Source of the DNA: Bdellovibrionota bacterium
GTDB taxonomy: Bacteria; Bdellovibrionota; UBA1018; CAIPTA01; JAALKR01
Assembly (NCBI GenBank): GCA_965207455.1
Contig: CBDBMJ010000001.1
Location: 1,632,001 to 1,696,000, forward strand
DNA: 64,000 bases
Direction: 5' to 3'
The notes below the pieces were generated by a model. The model saw nothing but the letters and a program-made list of their open reading frames with translations, had not been told where the DNA came from and searched no databases. The first letter of the stretch is position 1. Each line of letters begins with the position of its first letter. This document shows positions 43,402 through 54,000 of this stretch, piece after piece. The translations under genes and the position numbers were made by a program.

Positions 43402-44686
43402 CGAATTGACTCATAAAAAACGTCACCAAAATGGCCTTGAGAACAGTGAGTTACGGCTCGGTTGACTCACAACACAATTCCAGGGAAAATATAAATACAA
43501 AATTAACAGACCAAGGAGGTACATTATGAACAAACAAGCCGTAACACAATATTTACTAGCAATAGCGGAGCTTTACCGCAATAGCCTTAAGAGAGAAAAA
43601 ACGAGAATACTGGATGAGGCCGTGAAGGTGTGTCCGCTAAACCGTAAGCAGATCATCAGACGCCTGCAAAAGGGTCCAGAGAGCATCATAAGGGGAGGGG
43701 GTTCTGGGAGGAGATTCCAGTACCCCCGAGGGCTCCTTAAGCCCTATATTCGCAAATTATGGACGAGGATGGGCTATCCCTGTGCTCTAATCATGCAGGC
43801 AAGTATGGAAGAGTGGCTAGAGTATTTGCCTGTTGATATGAACTTTCCTAGCGCTATAAAAAGAAAGCTTTTGCAGATGAGTGCCTCTACTGTAGGCAGA
43901 TTTTTAAAAGAAATTAGAGGAGATAGAAATAAAGGAAAAAGCACCACTAGACCTGCTAGTAGTTATCTGAAGAGCAAGGTTCCCATAAATACATTGGGCT
44001 TTCGACCCGAAGAACCAGGATACTTGCAGGCAGATACGGTGTCTCACTGTGGAACAAATGTAGGCGGCTTATACGCCTCTACCCTTACCACTACAGACGT
44101 ATATTCCTCTTGGACAGAGAATAGAGCTATTCTAGGAAAAAGGGCGCATAAGGTTAGTCAGAAATTCTATGAAATTCAAAAGGAATTGCCTTTTTTAATA
44201 ATAGGAATAAATACAGACTCTGGAACAGAGTTTATCAACAATGAAGTGGTAAATTTTATGAATAGCAATGGCAGGAGAATTAATTTTACTAGGTCCAGGC
44301 CTTATCGTAAGAATGACAATTGCTTCGTGGAACAAAAGAACTTTACCCATGTAAGAGAGCTTATGGGCTACGACAGGATAGAGGATAAAGCTCACATAGA
44401 TTTGATGAATGATATTTATATAAATTACTGGAACCCGTTAAAAAACTTTTTTATTCCGTGTTTGAAATTGAAGGAGAAGTATAGAGAAAAGTCTAGAGTG
44501 ATAAAAAAGTACCATAAAGCACAAACGCCCTTTAATTGGCTAATGAAATCGGATGCTCTGTCCGAGGAGTATAAAAGGAGATTAAGAAAAAGAAAAAAAG
44601 AACTCAATCCCTTTGTCCTGAAAAGCGAAATGGACAAAAAACTAGACCAGCTTTTTTTATTATTGCAGCGGTCTAAGGACCCTAGT
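43402..44686 (+). mobile_element. rve/integrase-core IS (IS481-like/ISNCY type); right end missing
   Basis: Left end CGAATTGACTCATAAAAAACGTCACC shared with two other copies. Similarity stops at AAGGACCCTAGT, at the stop of the convergent gene. Confidence 0.8.
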
Positions 44687-44716
44687 TTTTCTTTATATTT
44701 TTGCGAAGCTCGATAA
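43526..44716 (+). CDS. DDE integrase-core (rve) transposase
   Basis: PGYLQADTVSHCG, TDVYSSWTE, INTDSGTEFIN, FTRSRPYRKNDNCFVEQKN; AAGGAGG RBS. Confidence 0.9.
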   Translation: MNKQAVTQYLLAIAELYRNSLKREKTRILDEAVKVCPLNRKQIIRRLQKGPESIIRGGGSGRRFQYPRGLLKPYIRKLWTRMGYPCALIMQASMEEWLEYLPVDMNFPSAIKRKLLQMSASTVGRFLKEIRGDRNKGKSTTRPASSYLKSKVPINTLGFRPEEPGYLQADTVSHCGTNVGGLYASTLTTTDVYSSWTENRAILGKRAHKVSQKFYEIQKELPFLIIGINTDSGTEFINNEVVNFMNSNGRRINFTRSRPYRKNDNCFVEQKNFTHVRELMGYDRIEDKAHIDLMNDIYINYWNPLKNFFIPCLKLKEKYREKSRVIKKYHKAQTPFNWLMKSDALSEEYKRRLRKRKKELNPFVLKSEMDKKLDQLFLLLQRSKDPSFSLYFCEAR

Positions 44717-45371
44717 TGTCCCCGTTGGTAGCATCCACCCTAGCCTCGTACACACCTTGAGTGAATTGATAAATAAGGGAAACTCGCCCAGATGAGGCAT
44801 AGGAAATACGAAGTCCACCGTTCTCTGGACCAATTTTAAAACTCACATTAGAGTACTTTGTTTTTAGTGCATTTTTGGCAATAGAGGCAGCTACTTCGAT
44901 TTCAATCTTTTGCTTCGGGATTTGTGTATCAGCAAGGATTAGATTACTACTTATTAACGCTTTTTCTCCATCTTTTCCATATAACTGAATAGTCAAGCGT
45001 GCTCCCAAAACAGAAATACCATTAATTTCCTGACGATAGATAAAGATATTTAACGTTGTATTCTCTTCCTCTAGTTTGATTTCTTTTAGATTAATATTTG
45101 GAAGTCTTTCCTTATACTGTTCTAAGATTTCTTTGCCCCTCTCTTCACTTTGTTCTTCTGGTGCACTTGAGGCTAGCTTTCTTTCCAGTTGGTGCCGGCG
45201 CCGCTTTTGTTGTTGGGCTTGGTTTTGAGGAACGGAAACAGACCTGTGAGCTTTTAGTATGGGGATAGAAGACGTGGGCAACTCACCTTCCCTTTGATAA
45301 TTACTAATAAAAAAGCTTACTGCTCCAGCGAGTACAATGATAAAAAACAATAAAGGTACGTTTGAGCGCAT
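44682..45371 (-). CDS. Stand-alone FTP/PepSY-type protease propeptide-like protein with an N-terminal membrane anchor
   Basis: FIYRQEINGISVLGARLTIQ (FTP-like), YEARVDATNGDII (PepSY-like); no HExxH. Confidence 0.7.
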   Translation of the reverse strand: MRSNVPLLFFIIVLAGAVSFFISNYQREGELPTSSIPILKAHRSVSVPQNQAQQQKRRRHQLERKLASSAPEEQSEERGKEILEQYKERLPNINLKEIKLEEENTTLNIFIYRQEINGISVLGARLTIQLYGKDGEKALISSNLILADTQIPKQKIEIEVAASIAKNALKTKYSNVSFKIGPENGGLRISYASSGRVSLIYQFTQGVYEARVDATNGDIIELRKNIKKN

Positions 45372-45399
45372 ATTTCTCCTATCTATTAAATTGTATCAT

Positions 45400-47037
45400 T
45401 TAATTGGGTGGCTCCACCACAGTTACACTGAAATTTATATCCTTTTTATGACCGCTCATGGAGGTGATTTTTGTAGTGAAATCTTTTACCCCAGCACTGG
45501 TAAATTTCATAAGGAAAATGGCATCGATGGAGTTCTTGACTGTAAAATCTCTTCCAGCATTGTCAAAAGTATCCACAAAGTCGGCACCACTCCCATCCAG
45601 TCGAAAATAAGTTCCAATTTCACCACCAACGGGAATTTCTACACCGTTAGAAAGACCAGTCGTAACAAGAGTGCTTTCTACTAAACCTAGAGCACCAGCA
45701 CTGGACTCCGGATTGAGTAAAACAAGGGTTACTTTGTTTGTATCGCCTGTGTAAAAGAAAGCAACAGGGTCGCCATCTGCATTTCTATCTTGAGTACATG
45801 TATCAAAGTCAAACACACCGTTTTCTATGCTACATGTTAATATATACATAGGTTCATGTTCACTATTTGTGCTTAGCTGGAAAGTCTCAAGAGAGTCATT
45901 TTCTCGTAAAAGCCCCTTGTCTGTAAAAGTTTTTTTGATTGTATTTATTTGAACTGTTGTTAAATCCTGCGCTATAGCAGCCGACTCCATAGCCGGGTAT
46001 ACATGCTTATAGTAAAGGGGGGATGCAGTTAGTGCTGTTAACGTTCTATACACTAACTCGTCAGTAATAGTTGCTCCCAGTTCTGTTCGGATTTCCCATA
46101 AAACCTCTGTAAGGGGTTTGGAATCGCGGTGAACTTTATCTACTATAACTTCCGGGTAGTGGTTGTCGGCTAAAGCATTACGGACATCCAAGTGTTTGGT
46201 ACGGCAATCTTCATCAGCCTCACTGGGAGTAAGAGCGTTGAAAATATTTGTATAGGCATCCACTCCATCAAGAAACCAGCTAGCCAAAGCGCTAGGGCTG
46301 TTGTTGATGGTGTGAGCCCAATAATCTGCGAGAGACTCATCAATGGCACCAGCTTCTGCTGAGGAACTTAGTCGATCGTATGTATTTGCAGAGTGATTCA
46401 AACGATGTCCCGCTTCGTGAACGATAGCATCAGCATCATCGGATGCCCAAACTAAGCTAGTGGAATCTAGTGTTTTTGTTTCTACACAACCCTTTCCGTT
46501 CAGTTTATAGCCAAATGTGGAAGTGGACGTTACTCCAAGGCACATATATCCATTTGTGCTTATCCATGCGCCATTCAAAAATTTGCAATTTGCGTTGATA
46601 GTAAGATCTTTAAAGCTCCCTCCCAATTGAGCAACTCTATCTCTTAGCACATTTGACCAATAGTAAGCATTGACTTGACGAAACTCTGGACTATCTAATG
46701 AATAGCTACTTAAATCATCATGGGTTTTGACAAGACTGCTGGGAAAGAAACTAAAGGTTGTGCTCATTTTTACGAATTCATTTTTTAAATTACAACTGCC
46801 ATCTGTTCGTATTGTAAGCTCCCTGCCACTTAGAACGGATAGGTCAGAACCCACACTAATTGTACTATCTTCAGCCCTATTGGGATCCGTACCTAAGGAC
46901 ACACGACCAAGCTGAGAACTTTGGCAACTATCAGTACTTCCATCATTAAAATTTTCAGAACAACCATTGAGGAGGAAAATCATGAGAAACATAGTTCTAA
47001 AGGGTGCTGCGAAGATAGCTAAATATTGTTGCCACAT
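45400..47037 (-). CDS. M36/M4-like gluzincin metalloprotease lipoprotein, paralogue 1
   Basis: Lipobox LLNGC, QVNAYY, IVHEAGHRLNH, EAGAIDESLADYW and VHRDSKPLTEVLWEIR. Confidence 0.8.
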   Translation of the reverse strand: MWQQYLAIFAAPFRTMFLMIFLLNGCSENFNDGSTDSCQSSQLGRVSLGTDPNRAEDSTISVGSDLSVLSGRELTIRTDGSCNLKNEFVKMSTTFSFFPSSLVKTHDDLSSYSLDSPEFRQVNAYYWSNVLRDRVAQLGGSFKDLTINANCKFLNGAWISTNGYMCLGVTSTSTFGYKLNGKGCVETKTLDSTSLVWASDDADAIVHEAGHRLNHSANTYDRLSSSAEAGAIDESLADYWAHTINNSPSALASWFLDGVDAYTNIFNALTPSEADEDCRTKHLDVRNALADNHYPEVIVDKVHRDSKPLTEVLWEIRTELGATITDELVYRTLTALTASPLYYKHVYPAMESAAIAQDLTTVQINTIKKTFTDKGLLRENDSLETFQLSTNSEHEPMYILTCSIENGVFDFDTCTQDRNADGDPVAFFYTGDTNKVTLVLLNPESSAGALGLVESTLVTTGLSNGVEIPVGGEIGTYFRLDGSGADFVDTFDNAGRDFTVKNSIDAIFLMKFTSAGVKDFTTKITSMSGHKKDINFSVTVVEPPN

Positions 47038-47054
47038 AAACCCTCCTTGAAGCA

Positions 47055-48689
47055 TCACTCATTGGATGGGACCACCACGGGTGGAGCCACCACAGTTATA
47101 CTAAAATTTAAATCCTTTTTTTGACCGCTCATGGAGGTAATTTTTGCAGTAAAATCTTTTACCCCACCACTACTGAACTTCATAATAAAAATGGCAGGCT
47201 TAGTGTCAGAGACGCTAAGATTTTTCCCAGCCCCTGGAAGAGTATCTATAAAGTCGGATCCACTCCCATTAAGTCGAAAATAAGTTCCAACTTCACCACC
47301 AACAGGAACCTCCACACCTTCAGGAAGCTCACTCGTAACAAGAGTGCTTTCTATTAAACCTAGAGTGCCGGCACTGGATTCTGGATTGAGTAAAATAAAA
47401 GTTATTTTTTCTGGAGAGCCTGTGTAAAAGAAAGCAGCGGGATCGCCACTTGTATCTTTCTCTCGAGTACATTTCGAAGCTTGAATCACATTGTTTTTAA
47501 TTTCACACATCCATATATATATAGGGTAATGATGATTCTTTGTGCTTAATTGAAAGCTCTCAAGAGAATCATCCTCTCGTAAAAGTCCTTTATCTTTAAA
47601 AGTTTTTTTGATTATATTTATATTATCTGTTGTTAAATCCTGTGCTATGGCAGCCAATTCCATAGCCGGGTATACATGCTTATAGTAAAGACGGGATGCA
47701 GTTAGTGCTGTTAACGTTCTATACACTAACTCATCAGTAATAGTTGCTCCCAGCTCCGTTCGAATTTTCCATAAAACCTCTGTAAGGGGTTTGGAATCGC
47801 GGTGAACTTTATCTACTATAACTTCCGGGTAGTGGTTATTGTCTAAAGCATTTCGGATATCTGGGGAAAACAAAATGTTACAACTAAAACTAGCATTATC
47901 AGTAAGAGCATTGAAAATACCCGCATAGGCATCCACTCCATCAAGAAACCAGCTACTCAAAGCGCTAGGGCTGTTGTTGATGGTATGAGCCCAGTAATCT
48001 GATAAAGACTCATCAATGGCACCAGCCTCTGATGAGGAGCTTAGTCGATCGTATGTGCTTGTGAAATGGTTCAAGCGATGTCCTGCCTCATGGATGATAA
48101 CGTCAGCATCGTCAGATGCCCAGACTAGACCAGTAGATTTTAAAGTGCTTACCTCTATACAAGATTCTTCGTTTAGTTTATAGCCAGGCGTGGAAGTGGA
48201 CGTTACTCCAAGGCACATATATCCATTTGTGCTTATCCATGCGTTATTCAAACGTTCGCAATTTGCGTCGATAGTAAGATCTTTAAAGCTCCCTCCGAAT
48301 CGACTAACTCTATTTCTTAGCACATTTGACCAATGGTAAGCATTGACTTGACGAAACTCTGGACTATCTAATGAATAGCTACTTAAATCATCATCGGTTT
48401 TGACAAGACTGTTGGGAAAGAGACTAAGAGATGTGCCCATTTTTATGGATCCATTTTTCAAATCACAGTTGCCATCCGTCTGTACTGTAACCTGCTGACC
48501 GTGTAGACCGGATAGATCAGAACCCACACTAATTCCACCCGCCTCAGCCCTAGGATCCGCACCTAAGGACACACGACCCAATTGAGAACTCCGACACTCA
48601 GAATCTGAACAGCCATTAAGGAGGAGAAGAATGGTAAGTTTGAATACAGTTCTAAACGGCAGGGTGATACATTCAAAATACTTTACCAT
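47055..48689 (-). CDS. M36/M4-like gluzincin metalloprotease lipoprotein, paralogue 2
   Basis: Lipobox LLNGC, IIHEAGHRLNH, EAGAIDESLSDYW; tandem duplicate of paralogue 1. Confidence 0.8.
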   Translation of the reverse strand: MVKYFECITLPFRTVFKLTILLLLNGCSDSECRSSQLGRVSLGADPRAEAGGISVGSDLSGLHGQQVTVQTDGNCDLKNGSIKMGTSLSLFPNSLVKTDDDLSSYSLDSPEFRQVNAYHWSNVLRNRVSRFGGSFKDLTIDANCERLNNAWISTNGYMCLGVTSTSTPGYKLNEESCIEVSTLKSTGLVWASDDADVIIHEAGHRLNHFTSTYDRLSSSSEAGAIDESLSDYWAHTINNSPSALSSWFLDGVDAYAGIFNALTDNASFSCNILFSPDIRNALDNNHYPEVIVDKVHRDSKPLTEVLWKIRTELGATITDELVYRTLTALTASRLYYKHVYPAMELAAIAQDLTTDNINIIKKTFKDKGLLREDDSLESFQLSTKNHHYPIYIWMCEIKNNVIQASKCTREKDTSGDPAAFFYTGSPEKITFILLNPESSAGTLGLIESTLVTSELPEGVEVPVGGEVGTYFRLNGSGSDFIDTLPGAGKNLSVSDTKPAIFIMKFSSGGVKDFTAKITSMSGQKKDLNFSITVVAPPVVVPSNE

Positions 48690-48817
48690 ACACCTTTTAT
48701 TATACACTGCGCAATAAATAATGGAAAGAGGAAATCCAGAGATCTATGAAAATAGCTTTTGGATCATAAGCTTTACACGCTAGAGGATTTTTTTTGACTT
48801 AGTAAATGAATAAACCG

Positions 48818-50782
48818 TTACCGTGTTCTGGAAAAAACAAAGGGATAGGACACTTCAACAATGCCGCCGCCAAGTGGTTTCGGAAAGCGTATGCTTTTTA
48901 TAACCTTTACCAAACATCGTTCCACGGGTCTATTATTGAGGCTCGATGAAGTAACGGTAGCTCTACTCACTCGTCCAGAACCCTGAATAAGAAAGCGAGT
49001 GCTCACACGCCCCTCAAAGGATGGACCTTTTCCAGAGAGTTGTTTTTCATAGCAATAGCGGATTTGCTCGAAGTAGGTTTTAATAATTTCATTAATTGTG
49101 TTTTGATCAAGTCCACCTAAAATGACCACTTCCGTGCTTTCTTCATCACCCACTAAAGATTGAATACTACTGCCTTTAAAGTTCCCGCCAGAAGCAATGG
49201 TACCAGTCTTCTTTCCCGTTTTTCCCACACTCAGTGAATCTGTACCAAGCTTATCAAATCCAAACCTTTTCTTTTGAGTGCCTTTGCCTGTATCAATGTT
49301 TGCAATTCCAGTGTCACTATTATCAATAAAGCCCTGGAAAGGACGTATTTTTTTGGATGCAGATTTAATTACATTTCCTCGTGGTCCAGCTGATTTTAAA
49401 ATATTGCTCAAACCCTGCGCTAGGGTCTGAGTCTTACTCCTACCTCGAGCACCTTTACTTCTAAGATTAGAGCCACTCACAGAATTGGATGGTACTTTAT
49501 TATCTCTTTCTCTCTGCGACTTTGCAAAGTTTGTTTTTTCTACCTTGTTCGTTTGCTTATTTTCGGGCTCTGTGTTTTTTGTTCTCTTTTGGGTAAGTTT
49601 TTTTCCAGCAGGCGGTTCTTTTGTTGGTGACTTCACATAATTTGGTAGACTTTTTACTAACTTAGGCTTCTTTTCAGTCGGTTTTATAATTCTTTTTACT
49701 GATTTAGGTTTCTTTTGGACCGGCTTTGTAACTTCTTTTATTTTATTTTTCAAAATTTTAGTTGGTCGCTTGGCTCTCACAGGCCTGAAAATAATATTAG
49801 TAATTCTTGGTGGAAGTTCTTCTATGGGCAATGGCGGAGGCACTTCTCTTGTAACAGCAGTAACAATCAAGGCAGATGTTAGGGCTAGTGAAGTCAAAAA
49901 TGTACGGAAAAATAAAACGTCTTTTCGCATGGATGCTCTAGTAATCAATGCTGGCGGAGCTGGTGTGAAGCTGATAAATAAAGTTATATCTTTAATTTCT
50001 AATTTTATTAGGTCATTTTTCTTAATTTCTTTTTCATATAGACTGGTTGGGTTTTCTTGCTTCTTCCTAAGCTCATCAATAGTACTCATGGATTTCCCAG
50101 AACGAATTATGCCATTTATATTATTAGTGAGTGCCAAGACGTACTTATTATCTTCAAAGCGTATAAAGGGAAGATTCTTGTATATGGTGGGGATTAGGAA
50201 GTCGCCTCCTGGCTCCTCTCCTATATATATTTCTTCTTTATCCACATAGTTTTTTACATCTAGTATGGTTTTTCCCCAGTACATTATTATCTGTAGAGAA
50301 TGGGTATTTTTACTCTTTTTAAAAATTCTAATGGTCTCTTTTTCATCAATCTGCGTATACTCAGAGGCAGCAGAATATATTTTGGGTCGAGCAGGAATTC
50401 CTTTCTTTTTTTGAGTTGATGGCGCAGCACTTAATGCTATTTTTGTAAATCCTATTTGAATTTCATCATCAGGATAATTTATCTCATGGGAAACAACCTT
50501 TTTTCCATTTACAAATATGCCTGTCTTGCTTGCCATATCATAAATGGAAATATTTCCTTTATCATCTTTTTCCAATATGGCATGGATGTTAGACACTGAA
50601 TTTTCTTTTATGCAGATGTCGCAGGAATTGGCAGAGCCTATAGTGGTTCGCTCATTTTTAATCGGATAAATATTTTCATGCTTATTTCCACGCTTATCCT
50701 TATAAACAGATATATAGATATCTCCTTCTTGGGAATGAGTGGGAGGAGAATTTTTTCTGACTTTATCTTTTTTGTTATTCAT
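48818..50782 (-). CDS. GltG/AgmX-PglI-like gliding protein (FHA - TM - TonB-like C-terminus)
   Basis: N-terminal FHA, a single TM, a Lys/Pro-rich linker and GGLDQNTI..IRYCYE..CLVKVIKSIRFPKPLGGGIVEVSYPFVF. Confidence 0.85.
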   Translation of the reverse strand: MNNKKDKVRKNSPPTHSQEGDIYISVYKDKRGNKHENIYPIKNERTTIGSANSCDICIKENSVSNIHAILEKDDKGNISIYDMASKTGIFVNGKKVVSHEINYPDDEIQIGFTKIALSAAPSTQKKKGIPARPKIYSAASEYTQIDEKETIRIFKKSKNTHSLQIIMYWGKTILDVKNYVDKEEIYIGEEPGGDFLIPTIYKNLPFIRFEDNKYVLALTNNINGIIRSGKSMSTIDELRKKQENPTSLYEKEIKKNDLIKLEIKDITLFISFTPAPPALITRASMRKDVLFFRTFLTSLALTSALIVTAVTREVPPPLPIEELPPRITNIIFRPVRAKRPTKILKNKIKEVTKPVQKKPKSVKRIIKPTEKKPKLVKSLPNYVKSPTKEPPAGKKLTQKRTKNTEPENKQTNKVEKTNFAKSQRERDNKVPSNSVSGSNLRSKGARGRSKTQTLAQGLSNILKSAGPRGNVIKSASKKIRPFQGFIDNSDTGIANIDTGKGTQKKRFGFDKLGTDSLSVGKTGKKTGTIASGGNFKGSSIQSLVGDEESTEVVILGGLDQNTINEIIKTYFEQIRYCYEKQLSGKGPSFEGRVSTRFLIQGSGRVSRATVTSSSLNNRPVERCLVKVIKSIRFPKPLGGGIVEVSYPFVFSRTR

Positions 50783-50801
50783 ATTGCTGTTATTTTACAT
50801 T

Positions 50802-51059
50802 TTATTTCAATAAAAGTGTGTCCCGTATCATTTCTTTATGAAAATTTCTCCTAAGTCGAAATAAACTTCGAAAATTCTTTTGTATTGGGATCACCACATA
50901 CACACCTTCCGGATTGGATTCCCTGCCTTCTATTATGGCATCAGAGAAATTGAATCTTGTTTTTTTCCTATAAATTATTTTCTTCCTTGCTTCTGCGCCG
51001 TCGGGCAAGAAAAGAATGAATATACCCATAGTTAAGAAAATAGTTAGTATTTTTTTCAT
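50802..51059 (-). CDS. GltF/CglF-like small secreted gliding protein
   Basis: Signal peptide, YRKKTRFNFSDAIIEGRESNPEG..FRSLFRLRRNF; located between gltD- and gltG-like genes. Confidence 0.75.
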   Translation of the reverse strand: MKKILTIFLTMGIFILFLPDGAEARKKIIYRKKTRFNFSDAIIEGRESNPEGVYVVIPIQKNFRSLFRLRRNFHKEMIRDTLLLK

Positions 51060-51073
51060 ACTTTACCTCACTG

Positions 51074-54000
51074 TTATTCTTTCCAAAAATCTAATATTAA
51101 TTTTGCGTACTCATTTTTGCTGGAAAGAGAGATAAGTTCATCCTTTGCGTCCTCTGTTTTCCCTTTCGCTAAATCATATATGGCCTCTGCAAAATCTCCG
51201 TTTATACCGTCACCAAAATTTCCATCTGTAATAGAATAAGCTCTATGGGGTTTTCCCATAGCTAAATAGGAAAGCGCTAGACTTAGTTTTACTTCATCAT
51301 CATCAGGAGCCTGTGTTTCTAGTTTTTTGTATATGGCGGATGCACGTCTCCATAAGGCACTGGATTTATACAAGCGACCAATATTCTTCTTTATTGTAAT
51401 GTTGAGAATATCCCTATTTAAAATGCTCTGGAACCCAACAAAAGCATTCTGTAAGTCTCCTGCCCTTGCATCCAAGAAAGCTAAATTGTTTATCGCAGGA
51501 ATTGAGGATTTATTTATCTTTATGGCTTGCTTGTAAAAAATACCGGCAAACATTGTCTCTTCTTTTATGGCGTGATAATTTCCTACCGCAATAAGAGCAG
51601 GCACATTGCTTGGATTCTTAGATAGTATCTTTCTAAATTTTCCCACATTTCCTTTTGATCCCAATATCCATTCCTTTGTATTCCAGCTTGATATGGTTTC
51701 TATTAAAGGAAGATTATTTTTGCTAGGAGATTGTACGGCATTGGCAATTATAATTTTAGCCATGATAGGAGATATTACTTTGAGAGAAGCTCCTTTTTTA
51801 GAGGCAAGCGCTAACGTTTGTGCAATTTCTCTATCCATGGGTTTTACAATGGAATGTAGCTGTGCTCGAAATTTTGCCTTTTCTTCTTCTGTATAATTTT
51901 TTGGGGTAGGCGAATTTAGAAGCGCTTCTTTGAAATGCTTGTAAATCTTAGCAATACGAAAAAATGCTTCCATGGCCCATTTTCCATCCGAGTTACTGAT
52001 AACATTTAAGTATTTTGATTTTAATTGACCTAAGTATTTTAGCTTCAACTCCACGTCACGGATAAGTCTTTTTTCTGGTAATCGAAGGGATTTGCCATAA
52101 TAGATTTTCTCTAACGGGGCTAAAAGCAATAATTTGGCTTGAGCAATATAGGGGATGTCCGCACTTCGATTGAGGATTGATCTTTTTATTATTATATTCC
52201 AATTTTTCCGAGCATATTTTTTTTCTTTGAACGTATCGTAAATAACACCAAGATGAAAGTGAGCCATAGTACTGTACTTTCCATTGGGAAATATGGATAT
52301 ATATTGCTTGTAATTTTTAGCGGCTTCTTTAACTTGACCTTCCTTGCGATGAATATCAGCTTTTTTATAGATGAAAATTTCAGCTATGCCTCTAGCACCG
52401 TTAATTTTTTTATAAGCTGCTTTTGTTATCTTCTTTATATTAGAAAAGGCACGCTTTTTTTGTCCGAGAGCTAATCGGATAAGCGTTGCTTTTTGTATAA
52501 CACCCATGCTTAATTTTTGTATGCTTTTTTTCTTTTTCTTTAAACTATTTTCCCCTAGCGCAAAGTAAGATTCATAATCATCGCAAGCCTCCTCATATTT
52601 TCCAGTGAGAAACTTCCTGTCATAAATGGAGAGTATTTTTTTTGCATAATCGATATTATTAGGAAAAGCTTTATTTATTTTCTTATAAATACGAAGTTCA
52701 TTTTCTTCATCATTGGCCTTCCCGTAGTTAAGGGCCGCATTATTTAGTGCTTTAAACTGAAAGGACCTCTCTTTGGAGGTAAGAGCTAAACTCTCATAAT
52801 CTTTTGCAGCTTCCGCATAATTTTTCTTCTTTTCAATACTTTCAATTTTTTTGAAAGATGCACGCTTTTGTATATCCTTTAATTTCTTCTTTAAATTGTT
52901 TTTAGCACCGTAGCGCAGCAGCTTCGGTGTTTTTAAATATAGATCTGCCAACGATTTTACTTGCCCCCAATCCCTATCCTCTTCTGCCTGCTTAATCAAC
53001 AAGGTGGCTGCTTCCACAGCTTGAGGCGTGTTGGGATATTTTTTAATAATAAAATAAGCCTTCTTTTTATATTCAGCCATTCGTTTTTGTTTAAGTAGGA
53101 GACCTGCGCTCCTAGCTAGGAATTCAATAGTTTTAGGGCTGTCCGGATAAAGGGAAACATACAAGTTAATCGCTTTGATTAATTTATCTACATTTTTATT
53201 GGTTCGATTTTTTCTCTTATCAACATATTTATTAAGAGAGAATATTAAGCTTGTTAAAGCCTCTTTTTTTGTCTTTTTATCTATATTATCTGCTTTTGCA
53301 ATTATACTAAATTCTTCTGCAGCCCTCCGGTACCATTTTAACTTGGAATAAATTTCACCTAGAAATATATGAATTTTGTGGAGATCTTCTTTAGTTATCT
53401 CAGTGGAATAGGCAGAAAGGTATAGTCGATATAGGTTTATGGCATGACGATAATAGCGCTTGGATTTTTTGGATTTATTGCCTATTTTATGAGCCTGAAC
53501 TGCACGAGACCTCAGTGTGGTGCGGACTGATTCTCGAATAGATCCATCCGTTTCTTCAGAGGAAAATTCTTTCACTAATGAATCCAGCACAGATGCTTCC
53601 TTTGGATAATTCCTTTTTTGAATGGCAAGCTTTAGAGAGCTGCTGAGAATGGCATAGCGCTCAGACTCAGAGTTTTCCCGATCTCCCGGGCTTAGTTTTT
53701 CTAAATAACCACTGACGACTAGAGCACTGCCATAACGACCTTGTCGCTTATATATTTTCAAAAGCTTGCCAAGTGGATAATAAAGTTTCTCCTCAGGTAC
53801 AACAGAAGAGAAATAATTTTCAGCATTGGCTGGTTTTCCTCCGTCAGAATAAAATAAAGCTAATGAATCCAAAGCATCGCCCTGTAGAGCAATGCCCCGA
53901 GCAAGAGCTTCTTTTTGGTTGTGTCTCTGATCGATAAGAATAGCCTTCCTCATGCTGTTCATGGCATTTCTGTATTGCCTTCTTTTGTATTGAGACCACG

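Noticed and set aside
45400..48689. Diversity-generating retroelement TR/VR pair
   Set aside because: The repeats are whole-gene paralogues, the differences are not adenine-specific and there is no reverse transcriptase in the window.
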